A DNA stretch of 64,000 nt from NCBI GenBank assembly GCA_964408425.1, contig CAYOZI010000001.1:8861-72860 (forward strand). The letters run 5' to 3'. Below, in pieces: positions 31,820-41,735 of the stretch (position 1 is the stretch's first letter; every line of letters begins with the position of its first letter). Under the pieces are notes generated by a model. That model searched no databases. It saw nothing but the letters and a program-made list of their open reading frames with translations, and had not been told where the DNA came from. The stretch comes from Candidatus Micrarchaeota archaeon. GTDB lineage: Archaea; Micrarchaeota; Micrarchaeia; Norongarragalinales; Norongarragalinaceae. The position numbers were made by a program, and so were the translations under genes.

Positions 31820-33325
31820 TTACTCCCTGCGCTTTCCTCCCCGCGACTGGCGCTCGTGCTGGTACAGCCAAGGTGACAGCCCCAAATCCTTCCGATACTC
31901 GTTGAACTGCTGGTACTTGTAATTCAGCCAGCGTGACCGCGAGTCGTACTCCCGCTTGAACTCGTTATACTCCTTTTGGAAGTACGTCAAATCGTTTTTC
32001 AACTGTGACAGCCTGTTCCTGAAAATTTTCTTTTCATACGCCACCGTCTGGGTTTTTGAAAACCTGCCGTAACCCCTGAACGCCCGCAGGTAATCCCTTT
32101 TCGCCATTATTTTTTCCTCGTCGGACAAAAACGCCGCGTGGTCGTCCTCCAGCGTCTTAATCTGCCCGCGGATGGACTGGAGGTTGCCTGAAACGTCTTC
32201 CATCCTCGCCTGAATCCGCCCTACATATCTCCCCAGTATTTGCGGAAAATGGTCTACGAACCACCTTGCGGATTCGAACGCAAAATCCCCGTGCGAACCC
32301 GCCTTTCTGGCTACTTCAAGCAAGTAAGGCTTCGGGGTTCTAGAAGCGCGCTTGTACTCGCGTTTGGACGTCATCACGTCGAAAACGTCCACCAGTTTCC
32401 CGATCGTATCGCCGATAGTCAAGTCAGGCTCCATTTTTCCTAACGGATACCCCTTTCCGCTGGGCATTTCATGATGGCCTATAGCTATCCCTTCAGTCGG
32501 CTCCACCCCTTCAGCGAGCCCGATCCCGTGAACGACCAGCTTTCTTGTTTCCACCATGTGCCCCCTGGTCATCAGCCTCCACTCTTTCTGGGTGTAAGGC
32601 TTTTTCGTAGTGTCGCGAGTGAGAATATCGTCGGGAATCCCTATTTTCCCCAAATCGTGGACAAGGGCGTACAACTGCACCAAGCTCAACTGCCGGCGGT
32701 CCAAAAGCTTTACCATCTGCGGGTTGGTAACGTTCGGAAACCGGTGCCTGAAAGCATCAGCCAAGTTTCGCGCTTTCTCGTCTTCCCTGCCCAGCTGGTC
32801 GTGCAGTTCCGCGAAAGCGGCGACTCCCAAGTCAGCCTGCCTTTGAACGTGAGCTCCCGAAACCGCGTGCCTGCTTGCCAAGCTTCGCTGCAAACTGCGC
32901 AAAAAATCCTGCTGAATCTTCCCGGCCGTTTCAAAAGCGGTTTTTTCAACTTCAGTTGCCGGAATGGTGATAGAGGATAAAACGTGAAACGCGGGTTTTT
33001 TGCCGAGCCGATAGGTTTTTCCTACAGTGTGAATCAAATCGTATTTCTGTTGTTCCCCAGCCGCAAGCCGTCTGCCGATTTCGCTAAAAGGCGCGCCTTC
33101 TGCAAGCAGCTTCCTTATTTTTTTTGTTATCTCCCACTCTTCGTTAAGATCCGCGAGAATATGCTTTTTCCTAAGCGTTTCAAGCGTGTCTTCCGGATAT
33201 TGGCCGAGATAAGTGTCGTTCGCGTGGACAATTTTGCCGGTCTTGGGGTCGATTATGAGAATGCGCTCTGGCGAATCGTTAAAGGAAGACCTCAAGGTTT
33301 CTAACAGCTGCCTGGGCGAGGACAT
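31820..33325 (-). CDS. PAS-like sensor + HD-GYP domain phosphohydrolase + C-terminal coiled-coil
   Basis: HD at residues 223-224 (YALVHDLGKIG), HHE at 284-286, GKGYP at 290-294 (IAIGHHEMPSGKGYPLG). N-terminal ILIIDPKTGKIVHANDTYL is PAS-like. Confidence 0.65.
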   Translation of the reverse strand: MSSPRQLLETLRSSFNDSPERILIIDPKTGKIVHANDTYLGQYPEDTLETLRKKHILADLNEEWEITKKIRKLLAEGAPFSEIGRRLAAGEQQKYDLIHTVGKTYRLGKKPAFHVLSSITIPATEVEKTAFETAGKIQQDFLRSLQRSLASRHAVSGAHVQRQADLGVAAFAELHDQLGREDEKARNLADAFRHRFPNVTNPQMVKLLDRRQLSLVQLYALVHDLGKIGIPDDILTRDTTKKPYTQKEWRLMTRGHMVETRKLVVHGIGLAEGVEPTEGIAIGHHEMPSGKGYPLGKMEPDLTIGDTIGKLVDVFDVMTSKREYKRASRTPKPYLLEVARKAGSHGDFAFESARWFVDHFPQILGRYVGRIQARMEDVSGNLQSIRGQIKTLEDDHAAFLSDEEKIMAKRDYLRAFRGYGRFSKTQTVAYEKKIFRNRLSQLKNDLTYFQKEYNEFKREYDSRSRWLNYKYQQFNEYRKDLGLSPWLYQHERQSRGGKRRE

Positions 33326-33601
33326 GAGAAAAATATGCGGGAAAAGGGAAATAAAATAAACAGTTTATAGCCTTCCAGTGCTTTCTCCTGGAGCGCTCAT
33401 AATCCTGGACAAAACGCGGGTTGTCCTGACGCTCTCTTTTCTTCTCGCGCGGACTTTCTTTTTCTTGCTACCCTTTCTTTTCTTAGCCATCTTCCACACC
33501 ACCCTCTTGCCAAGTGAAGCAACCGCATTAGCCGCTCGGGGTTTTAAAGGCTATGCAACCCGAAACGCGTTTATAAAAAAAGAAGTGCGGAAAAAAAGCA
33601 A

Positions 33602-33645
33602 AGTGGGAAAAAAGAAAGAAAAAAAAGGAAGCCGGAAAAGCCGGC
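33602..33645 (-). terminator. Hairpin GCCGGCTTTTCCGGC followed by a long T-rich tract, immediately after the stop of the 33646..33837 ORF
   Basis: Perfect 6-bp GC stem, then ~28 nt of T/C-rich sequence on the minus strand; archaeal oligo-T terminator-like. Confidence 0.45.
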
Positions 33646-33837
33646 TTACATTTTCATGAATGCGGACAAGCCCCACAGGGCGAAGAACGCGCCGAAAATC
33701 GTGGTGAAGTTGAACCACGAAGCGGTGAAAAAGCCCAGCCCCTCTACGAGGAACAGGATTCCGAACAGCAAGATCAACGGGCTGCACTTTCCGCACAAGT
33801 GCATTCCGCACGCACACACCGATTCCATTTTCGCCAT
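33646..33837 (-). CDS. Small membrane protein with an N-terminal CxCGxHxCGKC cluster
   Basis: 63 aa; MAKMESVCACGMHLCGKC, then 2 TM helices; directly downstream of rpoA. Confidence 0.4.
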   Translation of the reverse strand: MAKMESVCACGMHLCGKCSPLILLFGILFLVEGLGFFTASWFNFTTIFGAFFALWGLSAFMKM

Positions 33838-33939
33838 TGTTTACCCCTCCTTCTCTTACAACGCTTTTTTGAAAAGCGCAGAGTTGAAACTGATTAACCG
33901 AATAGGGTATAAAAACAAGGCGTTTAAGTAAAGAGGGTT

Positions 33940-36900
33940 TTAATCGAACTTCATTTCCAAACGCACTTTGCCCGTTCCCGCCGGAATCGTCTGGCCGATG
34001 ATTATATTCTCGGCTACTCCCTGCAGCGTATCCTCTTCCCCGTAAATGCACGCGTTCAGCAAATGCTTCGCCGTCTCCTCGAAAGCCGCCCTCGCGAGAA
34101 CGCTCTTCTTCTGCCCCGCCAAACCGTGCCTTCCAACGCTCTTCACCGCGCCCAAAAACGTCATCGCATCTGCAATGAGCATTATATGACGCGGGTCGAC
34201 AGTCAAATCCTGCATTTCCAAAACCTTGTTGATCTCCTGGATTATGGCGTTTCTCGCAGCATCAACTCCCAGCACTTCGTTGATTTCCATGATGTCGTTC
34301 GTAATGGTCCTGGAACCGTCGACCGCCTCTATCTTGAAAACTTCCTTCAAGTTCGAACCGTCCGAAGCAATCGTATACTCGCTCCCCCGTTCTCCCTTCT
34401 TTTCGACGATAATCGCCTTTCGTATTCCCTTTATTCCGCCCAAGTGGATTTCGCGGAAGCGGTTCGTCATCCTGCGAATGCTCTTCAAAGAATCTTCCTT
34501 GGTTTTGATCGTCAGTTCATGCCCTTCCTGCTTGAATTGGGGGGAAACTTTCGCTATTTCCGCAATCGCGTCCTTCTCCTTCACGTTGGAATCCTTGAAT
34601 TTCTGCGGGTCGAAAACGATATGCACGATCTTCCGGTCGAAATTCTCCTTGATTTCCGCAACGTCGTCAAGCGAAACCTCTTCAATGCCCGCCGCGATTT
34701 GTTTTACTTTCTCGAAATCGCCCGAAACGCTTTTCTTCAGGAAGATTTCCATGACCGGCTTTTTGGGCGATTTCCGCGCGTCAACCAATTCCACTAGCCG
34801 CGTAAACCCGAATTGCGCGAGAGAAGCGACTCCCGCGTAGTGGAAAGTCCTGAGAGTCATTTGCGTGCCCGGTTCCCCGATGCTTTGCGCTGCGACTACG
34901 CCGACAGGCTCTCCGTAAGCAATCGGTTTTCCGGTGGAAGGATCCAAACCGTCCCCGCCGTACTTGAATTGAATCAATTTTCCTTCGCTGTCTCGGACGC
35001 TCTGGTCTTCCCAAACAACGAAATCCTGAAGCGCGTTGATCAGCCTGCGCTGCATATAACCGGTCTTGGCCGGGTTGACTCCCTTGTCCACGACACTGTC
35101 ACGCCCTCCGGCAGCGTGGAAGAAGTATTCAACGACGCTCAACCCGCTCTTGTAATTGGAGCTGACGAAACCGCGGGCGTAATCGCTCAAATCCCCTCTC
35201 TTGAAATGAGTCAACAGCCTTCCCCTGTAACCCGATGCGGGGCGTTTTCCGCGAACCGCCTGCTGTCCTACGAGAGCCGCCATCTGGACTACGTTTATGG
35301 GCTTGTTCTTCACTCCCGCGGCGGCCATCAGCAAAGACGAATTGTTTTCCAAAATCTTTCCGTTGATGTTAACGGGCGTTTTCGAGATTTTTTCCTTTAC
35401 GATGCTCCAGCAGTGGAAGCGGATCAATTCGACGATGTTCATTACCTGCTCTTCAAGCGTTTCCTTCAAAGTCTTGCCCGGCAATCTTTCGAGTTTTTTT
35501 GTCTTGTATTTCTTCACGAGCTCTTCCAGCTTCCTCTTGCCCTCTTCGTACAAGGCGTTTATCTGGTCCACCGCCTCTCGAGGCAGGTAATAATCCTTTA
35601 AACTTAGTGAAAACCCGTAATCGTAAACCACTTGCACCGAAAGCTTCGCCGCCTTGTCTATATATTCTCTCGCAGCATCGCTTCCCAATTTCATAAAGAT
35701 TTCCTTCACGACCTTCCTGCTCGCGCTTGCATCTATAAACCCTTCAACCAGCCTTCCGTCCTTTATTTTAACGGCATTGTGCTTGCTCTCGATCTTGAAG
35801 TCGAATTCCTTCGGCAATATCAAAGAGTAAATTTCCTTTCCCGAAACCGTGTTCTTGTCGAAATCCGTCACCACGCCCGCCGAATTCAGCAAGTCGCAAG
35901 CTTCCTTCTTCGAAATGACGAAATCGTCCATAGAAAGCAAATACAATCCCGTAATCTGGTCCAGATCCGGCGTAACGAGCGGAGAGCCGTTGCGCGGCGA
36001 GAGGATGTTTTCCTGAACGCTCATCAGCAATTTCGCTTCAGTCTGAGCTTCCTCGGTCTGGGGAACGTGAATGTTCATTTCGTCCCCGTCGAAATCGGCG
36101 TTGTAAGGGTTGCAAACGGCAACGTTAAACCTGAAAGTCCTTCCGGGCAATACTTTTACCTCATGGCACATCATCGACACGCGGTGCAACGAAGGCTGCC
36201 GGTTGAACACGACGACATCGCCGTTCAACAACTGCCTTTCGAGAGTATAGCCCGGCGTGATTTCCGCCAAAACCTCTTCGATGTTCGTATCGGTCAGTTT
36301 CTTCCTTCTTCCGTCGGGGCGGATTACGTAATTGATCTTGTCCGAATGGGTTTTGATCATTTCCTTTACAGCTTCGAGATTCCACAATGTCACGCTAACC
36401 GGAAGAGTCAGTTCTGCGGCGATTTCTTCCGGAACTCCCAACTCATTTATTCCCAGCGTTGGATCGGGCGAAATGACCGTTCTCGCGGAAAAATTAACCC
36501 TCTTTCCGCTCAGGTTATAACGGAATCTCCCTTCCTTTCCTTTGAGCCTTTGGAATAAGGTTTTCAACTGCCTTCCCGAACGGTGGCGTGCCGGAGGAAT
36601 TCCGGCGCTTTCGTTATCAAAATAGGTAGTAACGTGATACTGCAGCAACTCCCACAAATCCTCGATGATCAGCTGCGGCGCTCCCGCTTCGATGTTTTCC
36701 TCAAGGCGTTGGTTTATGCGGAGGATATCCACCAGCTTATGCGTAAGGTCGTCTTCGCTTCTCTCTCCTGTTTCAAGCGTGATGGAAGGGCGGACGGTAA
36801 CCGGAGGAACGATCAAAACAGTCATTACAACCCATTCCGGGCGGATTGTTATTCTCGCTACTTTCAAATCCTCGTCCGGAATGTGCTCTAATCTTTCGCG

Positions 36901-37344
36901 TATTTCGTTCGGCAAAAGCTTCCTGTCCTCCTCGTAATAGCTCGTCGGCTTGGTGAATTTTATTTTATACTGCTTCTCCCCGCAATGCGGGCATTCAGAC
37001 GACCTTTTCATCTCGTCAAGTTCGCTGGACAAATGCATTATCCTCCCGCACTTCCTGCAGGAAGCTTTCAAAAGCTGGTAAACCAACTTCGCAAACCCGA
37101 CGTGAACAACCGGCCTGACCAATTCTATATGCCCGCTGTGCCCCGGACAGTCTTTCATCCTCCCTGCGCAAGTGCGGCACTTCAAACCCGGATCCACGAC
37201 TCCCAGCTTCTGGTCGGCCAACCCGCCGCCTATGGGATAGCCGTCCTCGTCGTAAGTGTCGGGAACGGTTATCTTGACCGCGCTCATCTTCCTGATGTTG
37301 TCAGGGGAAAAAATCGAAAACCCGATGCTTCCAACTATTTTCAT
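33940..37344 (-). CDS. rpoA: DNA-directed RNA polymerase subunit A: A' and A'' regions encoded in one continuous 1134-aa ORF (unsplit)
   Basis: N-terminal zinc-binding region, NADFDGDEMNIHVP catalytic loop, then without a stop ..QFKYGGDGLDPSTGKPIAYGEPVGVVAAQSIGEPGTQMTLRTFHYAGVAS (trigger loop, normally in A'') and the A'' C-terminus ..GQTIPAGTGKVRLEMKFD. Confidence 0.85.
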   Translation of the reverse strand: MKIVGSIGFSIFSPDNIRKMSAVKITVPDTYDEDGYPIGGGLADQKLGVVDPGLKCRTCAGRMKDCPGHSGHIELVRPVVHVGFAKLVYQLLKASCRKCGRIMHLSSELDEMKRSSECPHCGEKQYKIKFTKPTSYYEEDRKLLPNEIRERLEHIPDEDLKVARITIRPEWVVMTVLIVPPVTVRPSITLETGERSEDDLTHKLVDILRINQRLEENIEAGAPQLIIEDLWELLQYHVTTYFDNESAGIPPARHRSGRQLKTLFQRLKGKEGRFRYNLSGKRVNFSARTVISPDPTLGINELGVPEEIAAELTLPVSVTLWNLEAVKEMIKTHSDKINYVIRPDGRRKKLTDTNIEEVLAEITPGYTLERQLLNGDVVVFNRQPSLHRVSMMCHEVKVLPGRTFRFNVAVCNPYNADFDGDEMNIHVPQTEEAQTEAKLLMSVQENILSPRNGSPLVTPDLDQITGLYLLSMDDFVISKKEACDLLNSAGVVTDFDKNTVSGKEIYSLILPKEFDFKIESKHNAVKIKDGRLVEGFIDASASRKVVKEIFMKLGSDAAREYIDKAAKLSVQVVYDYGFSLSLKDYYLPREAVDQINALYEEGKRKLEELVKKYKTKKLERLPGKTLKETLEEQVMNIVELIRFHCWSIVKEKISKTPVNINGKILENNSSLLMAAAGVKNKPINVVQMAALVGQQAVRGKRPASGYRGRLLTHFKRGDLSDYARGFVSSNYKSGLSVVEYFFHAAGGRDSVVDKGVNPAKTGYMQRRLINALQDFVVWEDQSVRDSEGKLIQFKYGGDGLDPSTGKPIAYGEPVGVVAAQSIGEPGTQMTLRTFHYAGVASLAQFGFTRLVELVDARKSPKKPVMEIFLKKSVSGDFEKVKQIAAGIEEVSLDDVAEIKENFDRKIVHIVFDPQKFKDSNVKEKDAIAEIAKVSPQFKQEGHELTIKTKEDSLKSIRRMTNRFREIHLGGIKGIRKAIIVEKKGERGSEYTIASDGSNLKEVFKIEAVDGSRTITNDIMEINEVLGVDAARNAIIQEINKVLEMQDLTVDPRHIMLIADAMTFLGAVKSVGRHGLAGQKKSVLARAAFEETAKHLLNACIYGEEDTLQGVAENIIIGQTIPAGTGKVRLEMKFD

Positions 37345-37368
37345 TCAACAAACACCTTTTCTATTTTC

Positions 37369-39189
37369 TCAAGCCCTGTCCGTAAGCTTCAGCTTCGGAA
37401 ATATCCCTATGCTCCGCATCTCGTCCAACAACAATTTGAAGGCGTAACTCATTTCCACAGGCTCGACGTCCGTGCTTTCGCACAACGCGCAGAAACTCTT
37501 GTTCTTCTGGCGGTCGGTGAAAGCGAGCGAACCGCAATTCGCGCAAACCAATTCCACCGTCTTATCGCTCGAGTCCATCATTCTTTCCTTCAACAAAAGC
37601 GCAGCCCCGAAGCCGATGAAACAATCCCTTTCCATCTCTCCCAGCCTCAATCCTCCTTCGCGAGCCCTTCCTTCGGTAGGCTGGTGCGTCAGCATCTGCA
37701 CCGGACCCCTCGAGCGGGCGTGAAGCTTTAATGAAACCAAGTGGTGCAAACGCTGATAGTAAATCACTCCGACGAAAATGGTGGCGTACAAGCGCAACCC
37801 CGTCCTCCCGTCGTACAAAACCTCTTGCCCTGCGGGCGAAAACCCGTTTTCAGCCAGCATTTTCTCGAAATCCTGCTGTTTATCGCCCGTAAACGCGGTC
37901 GCGTCTTTCAATTGCCCTTCAAGCGACGCCGCTTTCCCCCCGAGCATTTCAAGCAGATGCCCCGCGGTCATTCTTCCCGGAATGGCGTGCGGGTTGATGA
38001 TCAGATCGGGAACTACGCCATCCTTTGTGAAAGGCATGTCCTCCTGAGGCAAAAGCAAAGAAACGACTCCCTTCTGCCCGTGGCGCGAAGCGAATTTGTC
38101 GCCGACCTCGGGAACATTCGTTTTCCTAACGCGGATTTTAACGAACTTGTTGCCTGCCGGGGTTTCAGTCAAAATGACGGCATCAACAGTCCCTTCCTCA
38201 TTACCCCGGACTGCAACGCTCGACTCCCTCCTCCTCTCCCCTTCCACATCCAACGCCGAAATTTCCTTCAAAAACCTGGGAGGCGAAGATTTTCCAACGA
38301 GCACGGAGTTCCCTTTCACCAGAGTTTCGGGCGAAGCGAAACCGTCCTCGTCCAAATGGGCGTATTCCTCTTCCCCGCGGTATCCCTGGACGTATTCCTC
38401 GGGAATGCCGAACGAATCCCTCTGGCCGCCCGGATAACGCCTTTCAACTGCGGAGTAAGAGCGGAAGAAAGCGCTTCTGCCCATTCCCCTCTCGACGCTA
38501 GTCTTATTCAGAACGATAGCGTCGTTCATGTTGAAACCCTTGTAAGACAAAACCGCGACCACGAAATTCTGCCCTGCACTCCTGTTTTTCAAGTTCAGTT
38601 CCTTGTAAGCTCTAGTCTGAAGCAAAGGCTGTTGGGAATAGAACAAAAGATGCGAGCGCGTGTCGCTCCTCAAATTGAAGTTGGAAGCGTACAAGCCCAA
38701 ACTCTGTTTGGCGTGCTGCGCCGCCATCAAAACCCTGGGAGCCATGTTGTACTCGGGGTAAGGCAATTGCGAAGAGGCGAAACCTAGAATCATCAGAGGG
38801 TCGATTTCCAAGTGAGTATGCTCGGAAGTCAAGGTTTCGGTGTTCAAAGCTACGAACGCGTTTTCCTCTTCCTCCGCATCCAAAAATTCTACGATTCCTT
38901 TTTCCAAAAGGTCCTTCCAATGCATTTCCCCGTTCTTCAGCTTCTCCGACAGTTCCGCGGTAAGCAAAGGTTTTCCCTGCTTCACTACGAGCAAAGGCCT
39001 TCTCGCCCTGCCTTCGTCGCTGTTCACGAAAACCTCGTTCGTCTTGTGGAAGTACGCTGCGTTGACTCCGTTGTTCAACCCGCCGCCCCTGCGCATTTTG
39101 CGCAGTTCGTCAACGAGCTTATGCCCGTTGTCCACGAATCCCACGAACTTCCCGTCCAGAAAAACGCTAGCTTGCTTCATTTTTTTCAA
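37369..39189 (-). CDS. rpoB1: DNA-directed RNA polymerase subunit B' (C-terminal portion of split Rpb2)
   Basis: 606 aa, Rpb2 C-terminal motifs (..GQKGV.., Zn-binding CANCG..CALC); 4-nt overlap with rpoB''. Confidence 0.9.
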   Translation of the reverse strand: MKKMKQASVFLDGKFVGFVDNGHKLVDELRKMRRGGGLNNGVNAAYFHKTNEVFVNSDEGRARRPLLVVKQGKPLLTAELSEKLKNGEMHWKDLLEKGIVEFLDAEEEENAFVALNTETLTSEHTHLEIDPLMILGFASSQLPYPEYNMAPRVLMAAQHAKQSLGLYASNFNLRSDTRSHLLFYSQQPLLQTRAYKELNLKNRSAGQNFVVAVLSYKGFNMNDAIVLNKTSVERGMGRSAFFRSYSAVERRYPGGQRDSFGIPEEYVQGYRGEEEYAHLDEDGFASPETLVKGNSVLVGKSSPPRFLKEISALDVEGERRRESSVAVRGNEEGTVDAVILTETPAGNKFVKIRVRKTNVPEVGDKFASRHGQKGVVSLLLPQEDMPFTKDGVVPDLIINPHAIPGRMTAGHLLEMLGGKAASLEGQLKDATAFTGDKQQDFEKMLAENGFSPAGQEVLYDGRTGLRLYATIFVGVIYYQRLHHLVSLKLHARSRGPVQMLTHQPTEGRAREGGLRLGEMERDCFIGFGAALLLKERMMDSSDKTVELVCANCGSLAFTDRQKNKSFCALCESTDVEPVEMSYAFKLLLDEMRSIGIFPKLKLTDRA

Positions 39190-40655
39190 ACCCTCATCGT
39201 CACGCCCATTTTCTTGAGCGTCGATTCAACATCTTCCTTGCAGCCTACGGTAACCTGCGAGAACAAAGACAAATTGCGAACCAAACCACAATTAGGCCCT
39301 TCTGGAGTTTCGTTCGGATCCAGACGGCCCCAGTGGGTTCCGTGCAAATCCCTCGCCTTGTAGTGAGGATGCTTTTTCGCCAAAGGCGAAGTAACCCTCT
39401 TCAAGAACGAAGAGGCTGAAACGAAATTATAACGGTCGAGAGGCTGCGAAACGCCCGTATGCCCTCCAACCCAGTTGCCCGTAGCCATGGAATACTTTAT
39501 CCTGTCCGAAAGAGCATCCGGCCTTACGATGGCGAACATGCTCATTCGCCTTCCGCGAACGTTAGCCCTTTCCAGCTGGTAGGCGACGTCTTTCACGAGA
39601 AATTGGAATGCATAGCGGAAAACCTCTTCCATCAATTTTCCGGAAATCTTCAATCGTTTATTCGAGTAATGGTCCTTGTCGTCGACAGGCCTTTTCTTGT
39701 AGGAAACGAGAACCGCCCTTTCGGACATGCGGCATAAGAAATACGCTTTCGCCAAACGGTTTTTCTCCTCAATCCCAATGTGCGGCAATAAGTAACGGTC
39801 TACGAGCAATTCGGCCCTTTTTACTTGGTAGTCGACCGGCTGTCCGGGCGCCGCGCGTTTTCCTATCGCCTCAAGAGCATCCCGCTTGCTCTTGATTTCA
39901 GTCTCTCCCTCCAAGTTAAGAAGAATGTCGTTCCTCACTTCGGGGTCGCTGGAAAAGACTTCCAAAATCCTTTCCGAATCAACCAAACCCAAAGCTCTCA
40001 AAAGCAAAACCAATTCGAGGGATTTGTTGTAAGAAGGCATTGTCACGCTCAACAGCCCTTCCTTCGTCCTATCGACAGTACAACGCCCCCTGAAACCCGA
40101 GCGCGTCGAAAAGATTTTCGCCTGCACGGTTCCCGTTTCCTTTTCCTTTGAAACCAGAATCCGGTTGGGCGCCAAGTCCTCGAGAATCATGAGCGTTTTT
40201 TCCGTTCCATTTATCACGAAATACCCGCCGGGATCCTGCGAGTCCTCGCCCATCTGGCGTAACTCTTGCTTGTTTCGTCCGTGCAAATAGCATAACTTGG
40301 ATTTCAGCATAACCGGCAAGTCGCCGATGTAAACATCCTCGGTCCTCTTCTCCACGCCCTTGGAAACCTGCGTCATTTCCAAAAACAGCGGGGAAGAGTA
40401 ATTCAAATCGCGCAATCGCGCTTCCATCGGGTATAATCTTCGCCTTGACCCGTCCGGCTCGGTGATCATGGGCTTTTCCGCGCGTATTTTCCCCAGTTTG
40501 ACGCTCAACCCTTCTATCTGGGGTTCGATCACGCTTTGGGCATCAACGATTTCCTGCATCACGCTTTCAACGAAATTGTTGAACGATTCGAGATGCTGGT
40601 CTACGATAGTGTTGTCCCTCAAGAAAGACGCGGTCACTTCGAAAAACTTCGCCAT
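39186..40655 (-). CDS. rpoB2: DNA-directed RNA polymerase subunit B'' (N-terminal portion of split Rpb2)
   Basis: Start chosen at MAKFFEV (the ORF track extends to 40721 through a T-rich hairpin-containing leader). Conserved ..IVDQHLESFNNFV.. N-terminus. Confidence 0.85.
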   Translation of the reverse strand: MAKFFEVTASFLRDNTIVDQHLESFNNFVESVMQEIVDAQSVIEPQIEGLSVKLGKIRAEKPMITEPDGSRRRLYPMEARLRDLNYSSPLFLEMTQVSKGVEKRTEDVYIGDLPVMLKSKLCYLHGRNKQELRQMGEDSQDPGGYFVINGTEKTLMILEDLAPNRILVSKEKETGTVQAKIFSTRSGFRGRCTVDRTKEGLLSVTMPSYNKSLELVLLLRALGLVDSERILEVFSSDPEVRNDILLNLEGETEIKSKRDALEAIGKRAAPGQPVDYQVKRAELLVDRYLLPHIGIEEKNRLAKAYFLCRMSERAVLVSYKKRPVDDKDHYSNKRLKISGKLMEEVFRYAFQFLVKDVAYQLERANVRGRRMSMFAIVRPDALSDRIKYSMATGNWVGGHTGVSQPLDRYNFVSASSFLKRVTSPLAKKHPHYKARDLHGTHWGRLDPNETPEGPNCGLVRNLSLFSQVTVGCKEDVESTLKKMGVTMRV

Positions 40656-40755
40656 TTTCCAACCACACTCTTTTTGATTTTTTGCGTTTTCCGTTTTGAA
40701 ACGCAAAAACAACCCACGCACGCCCCCCGCTCCAAAGGGGCAGAAACAATACCGT

Positions 40756-40986
40756 TCAGTCTTCGGTTACTACCCGGTAGTAAACGTCCTTTATTCCGCC
40801 TATATCCCGATGGATCTTGATTACATCCCCAGGCGCCACTTCGGTTCCGACCAAACCCGGGTCTGAAAGCTCTATCAAAGGCAGCTCTTCCTTCACGCAA
40901 TGCATGCCTGACAGTAGAGCTGAAACATCGCTTTCGCTCATTTTCTCTATTTTTGGCACCAGATAATGGCTGAAGGCAGAATCCAT
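40756..40986 (-). CDS. rpoH: DNA-directed RNA polymerase subunit H (Rpb5)
   Basis: 76 aa, HYLVPKIEKMSESDV...GDVIKIHRD..YYRVV signature, upstream of rpoB. Confidence 0.85.
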   Translation of the reverse strand: MDSAFSHYLVPKIEKMSESDVSALLSGMHCVKEELPLIELSDPGLVGTEVAPGDVIKIHRDIGGIKDVYYRVVTED

Positions 40987-41066
40987 TCTCTAACCGAAAA
41001 TTCGTTAACCCCGACTTTTATATTTAGAAACCAATGGTTTAAAAACGTTATTAAAACGAAGGCGTG

Positions 41067-41504
41067 TCAGCGCTTTCTCCCTTTTCTACCCGTTTTCGGC
41101 TTTACCGAAGAATCGTTTTTCAGCACGTGCTTCATCCTGAAGTAAAAAGCGCCTATGAAAACCAGCATGGAAAGCATGTTTATCCCTATCGAAACCCGCT
41201 CTCCGAAAGGAGAATCGTAGAGCTTGCTCGAAGCTAGAATCAAGTTCCCAAGCACGAGCATGCCGATGCCTAAATAGAAAACCATGGACATCCACCAGTC
41301 TTTCCTAGCCACTCCACGCTTCAGCTGGTTCCAAAGCATCAGCGAGTATGAAAGCCAAAAAACGAGGACTACCGCGCTCAAAACCAGGGTAACCTCGTGC
41401 GCCAAAATGTCTAAGCTTACCAACCCCAACACCACCTTTCGCGAAAAATCTATTACGGAAAAGCCGCTTAAAAACGTTGGGAGAAAACGCAGGGGAAGAG
41501 GCAC
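41067..41504 (-). CDS. Hypothetical membrane protein with a basic C-terminal tail
   Basis: 145 aa, 4 predicted TM helices, ends KPKTGRKGRKR. Confidence 0.4.
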   Translation of the reverse strand: MPLPLRFLPTFLSGFSVIDFSRKVVLGLVSLDILAHEVTLVLSAVVLVFWLSYSLMLWNQLKRGVARKDWWMSMVFYLGIGMLVLGNLILASSKLYDSPFGERVSIGINMLSMLVFIGAFYFRMKHVLKNDSSVKPKTGRKGRKR

Positions 41505-41735
41505 GGTTAAAACAGGAGAATCAAAAATTCAAGTATCCTTCCGTGGCGAGAAACAGAAACACTCCCACCGCCGTAATCCAAAAGCCAGTTTCGAAATAGC
41601 CCAGCGCCAGCAAAACCAGGCCTAGCACTATGAGCAGCTCGTCCCACTCCATTATTTTCGTCCAGTCGAAATCCATTTTCCAAGCGCCCGTTAAACTCTT
41701 GAAGCCCGCGGAATAAAAGCGTAAAAAACGGCTTT

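Noticed and set aside
34063-36558. Several 200-300-aa + strand ORFs (34063.., 34226.., 34813.., 35632..) opposite rpoA
   Set aside because: They are antisense shadow ORFs of a universally conserved gene, with no motifs and skewed composition.
37741-38787. 348-aa + strand ORF opposite rpoB'
   Set aside because: Same reasoning: it is antisense to conserved RNAP subunit B'.
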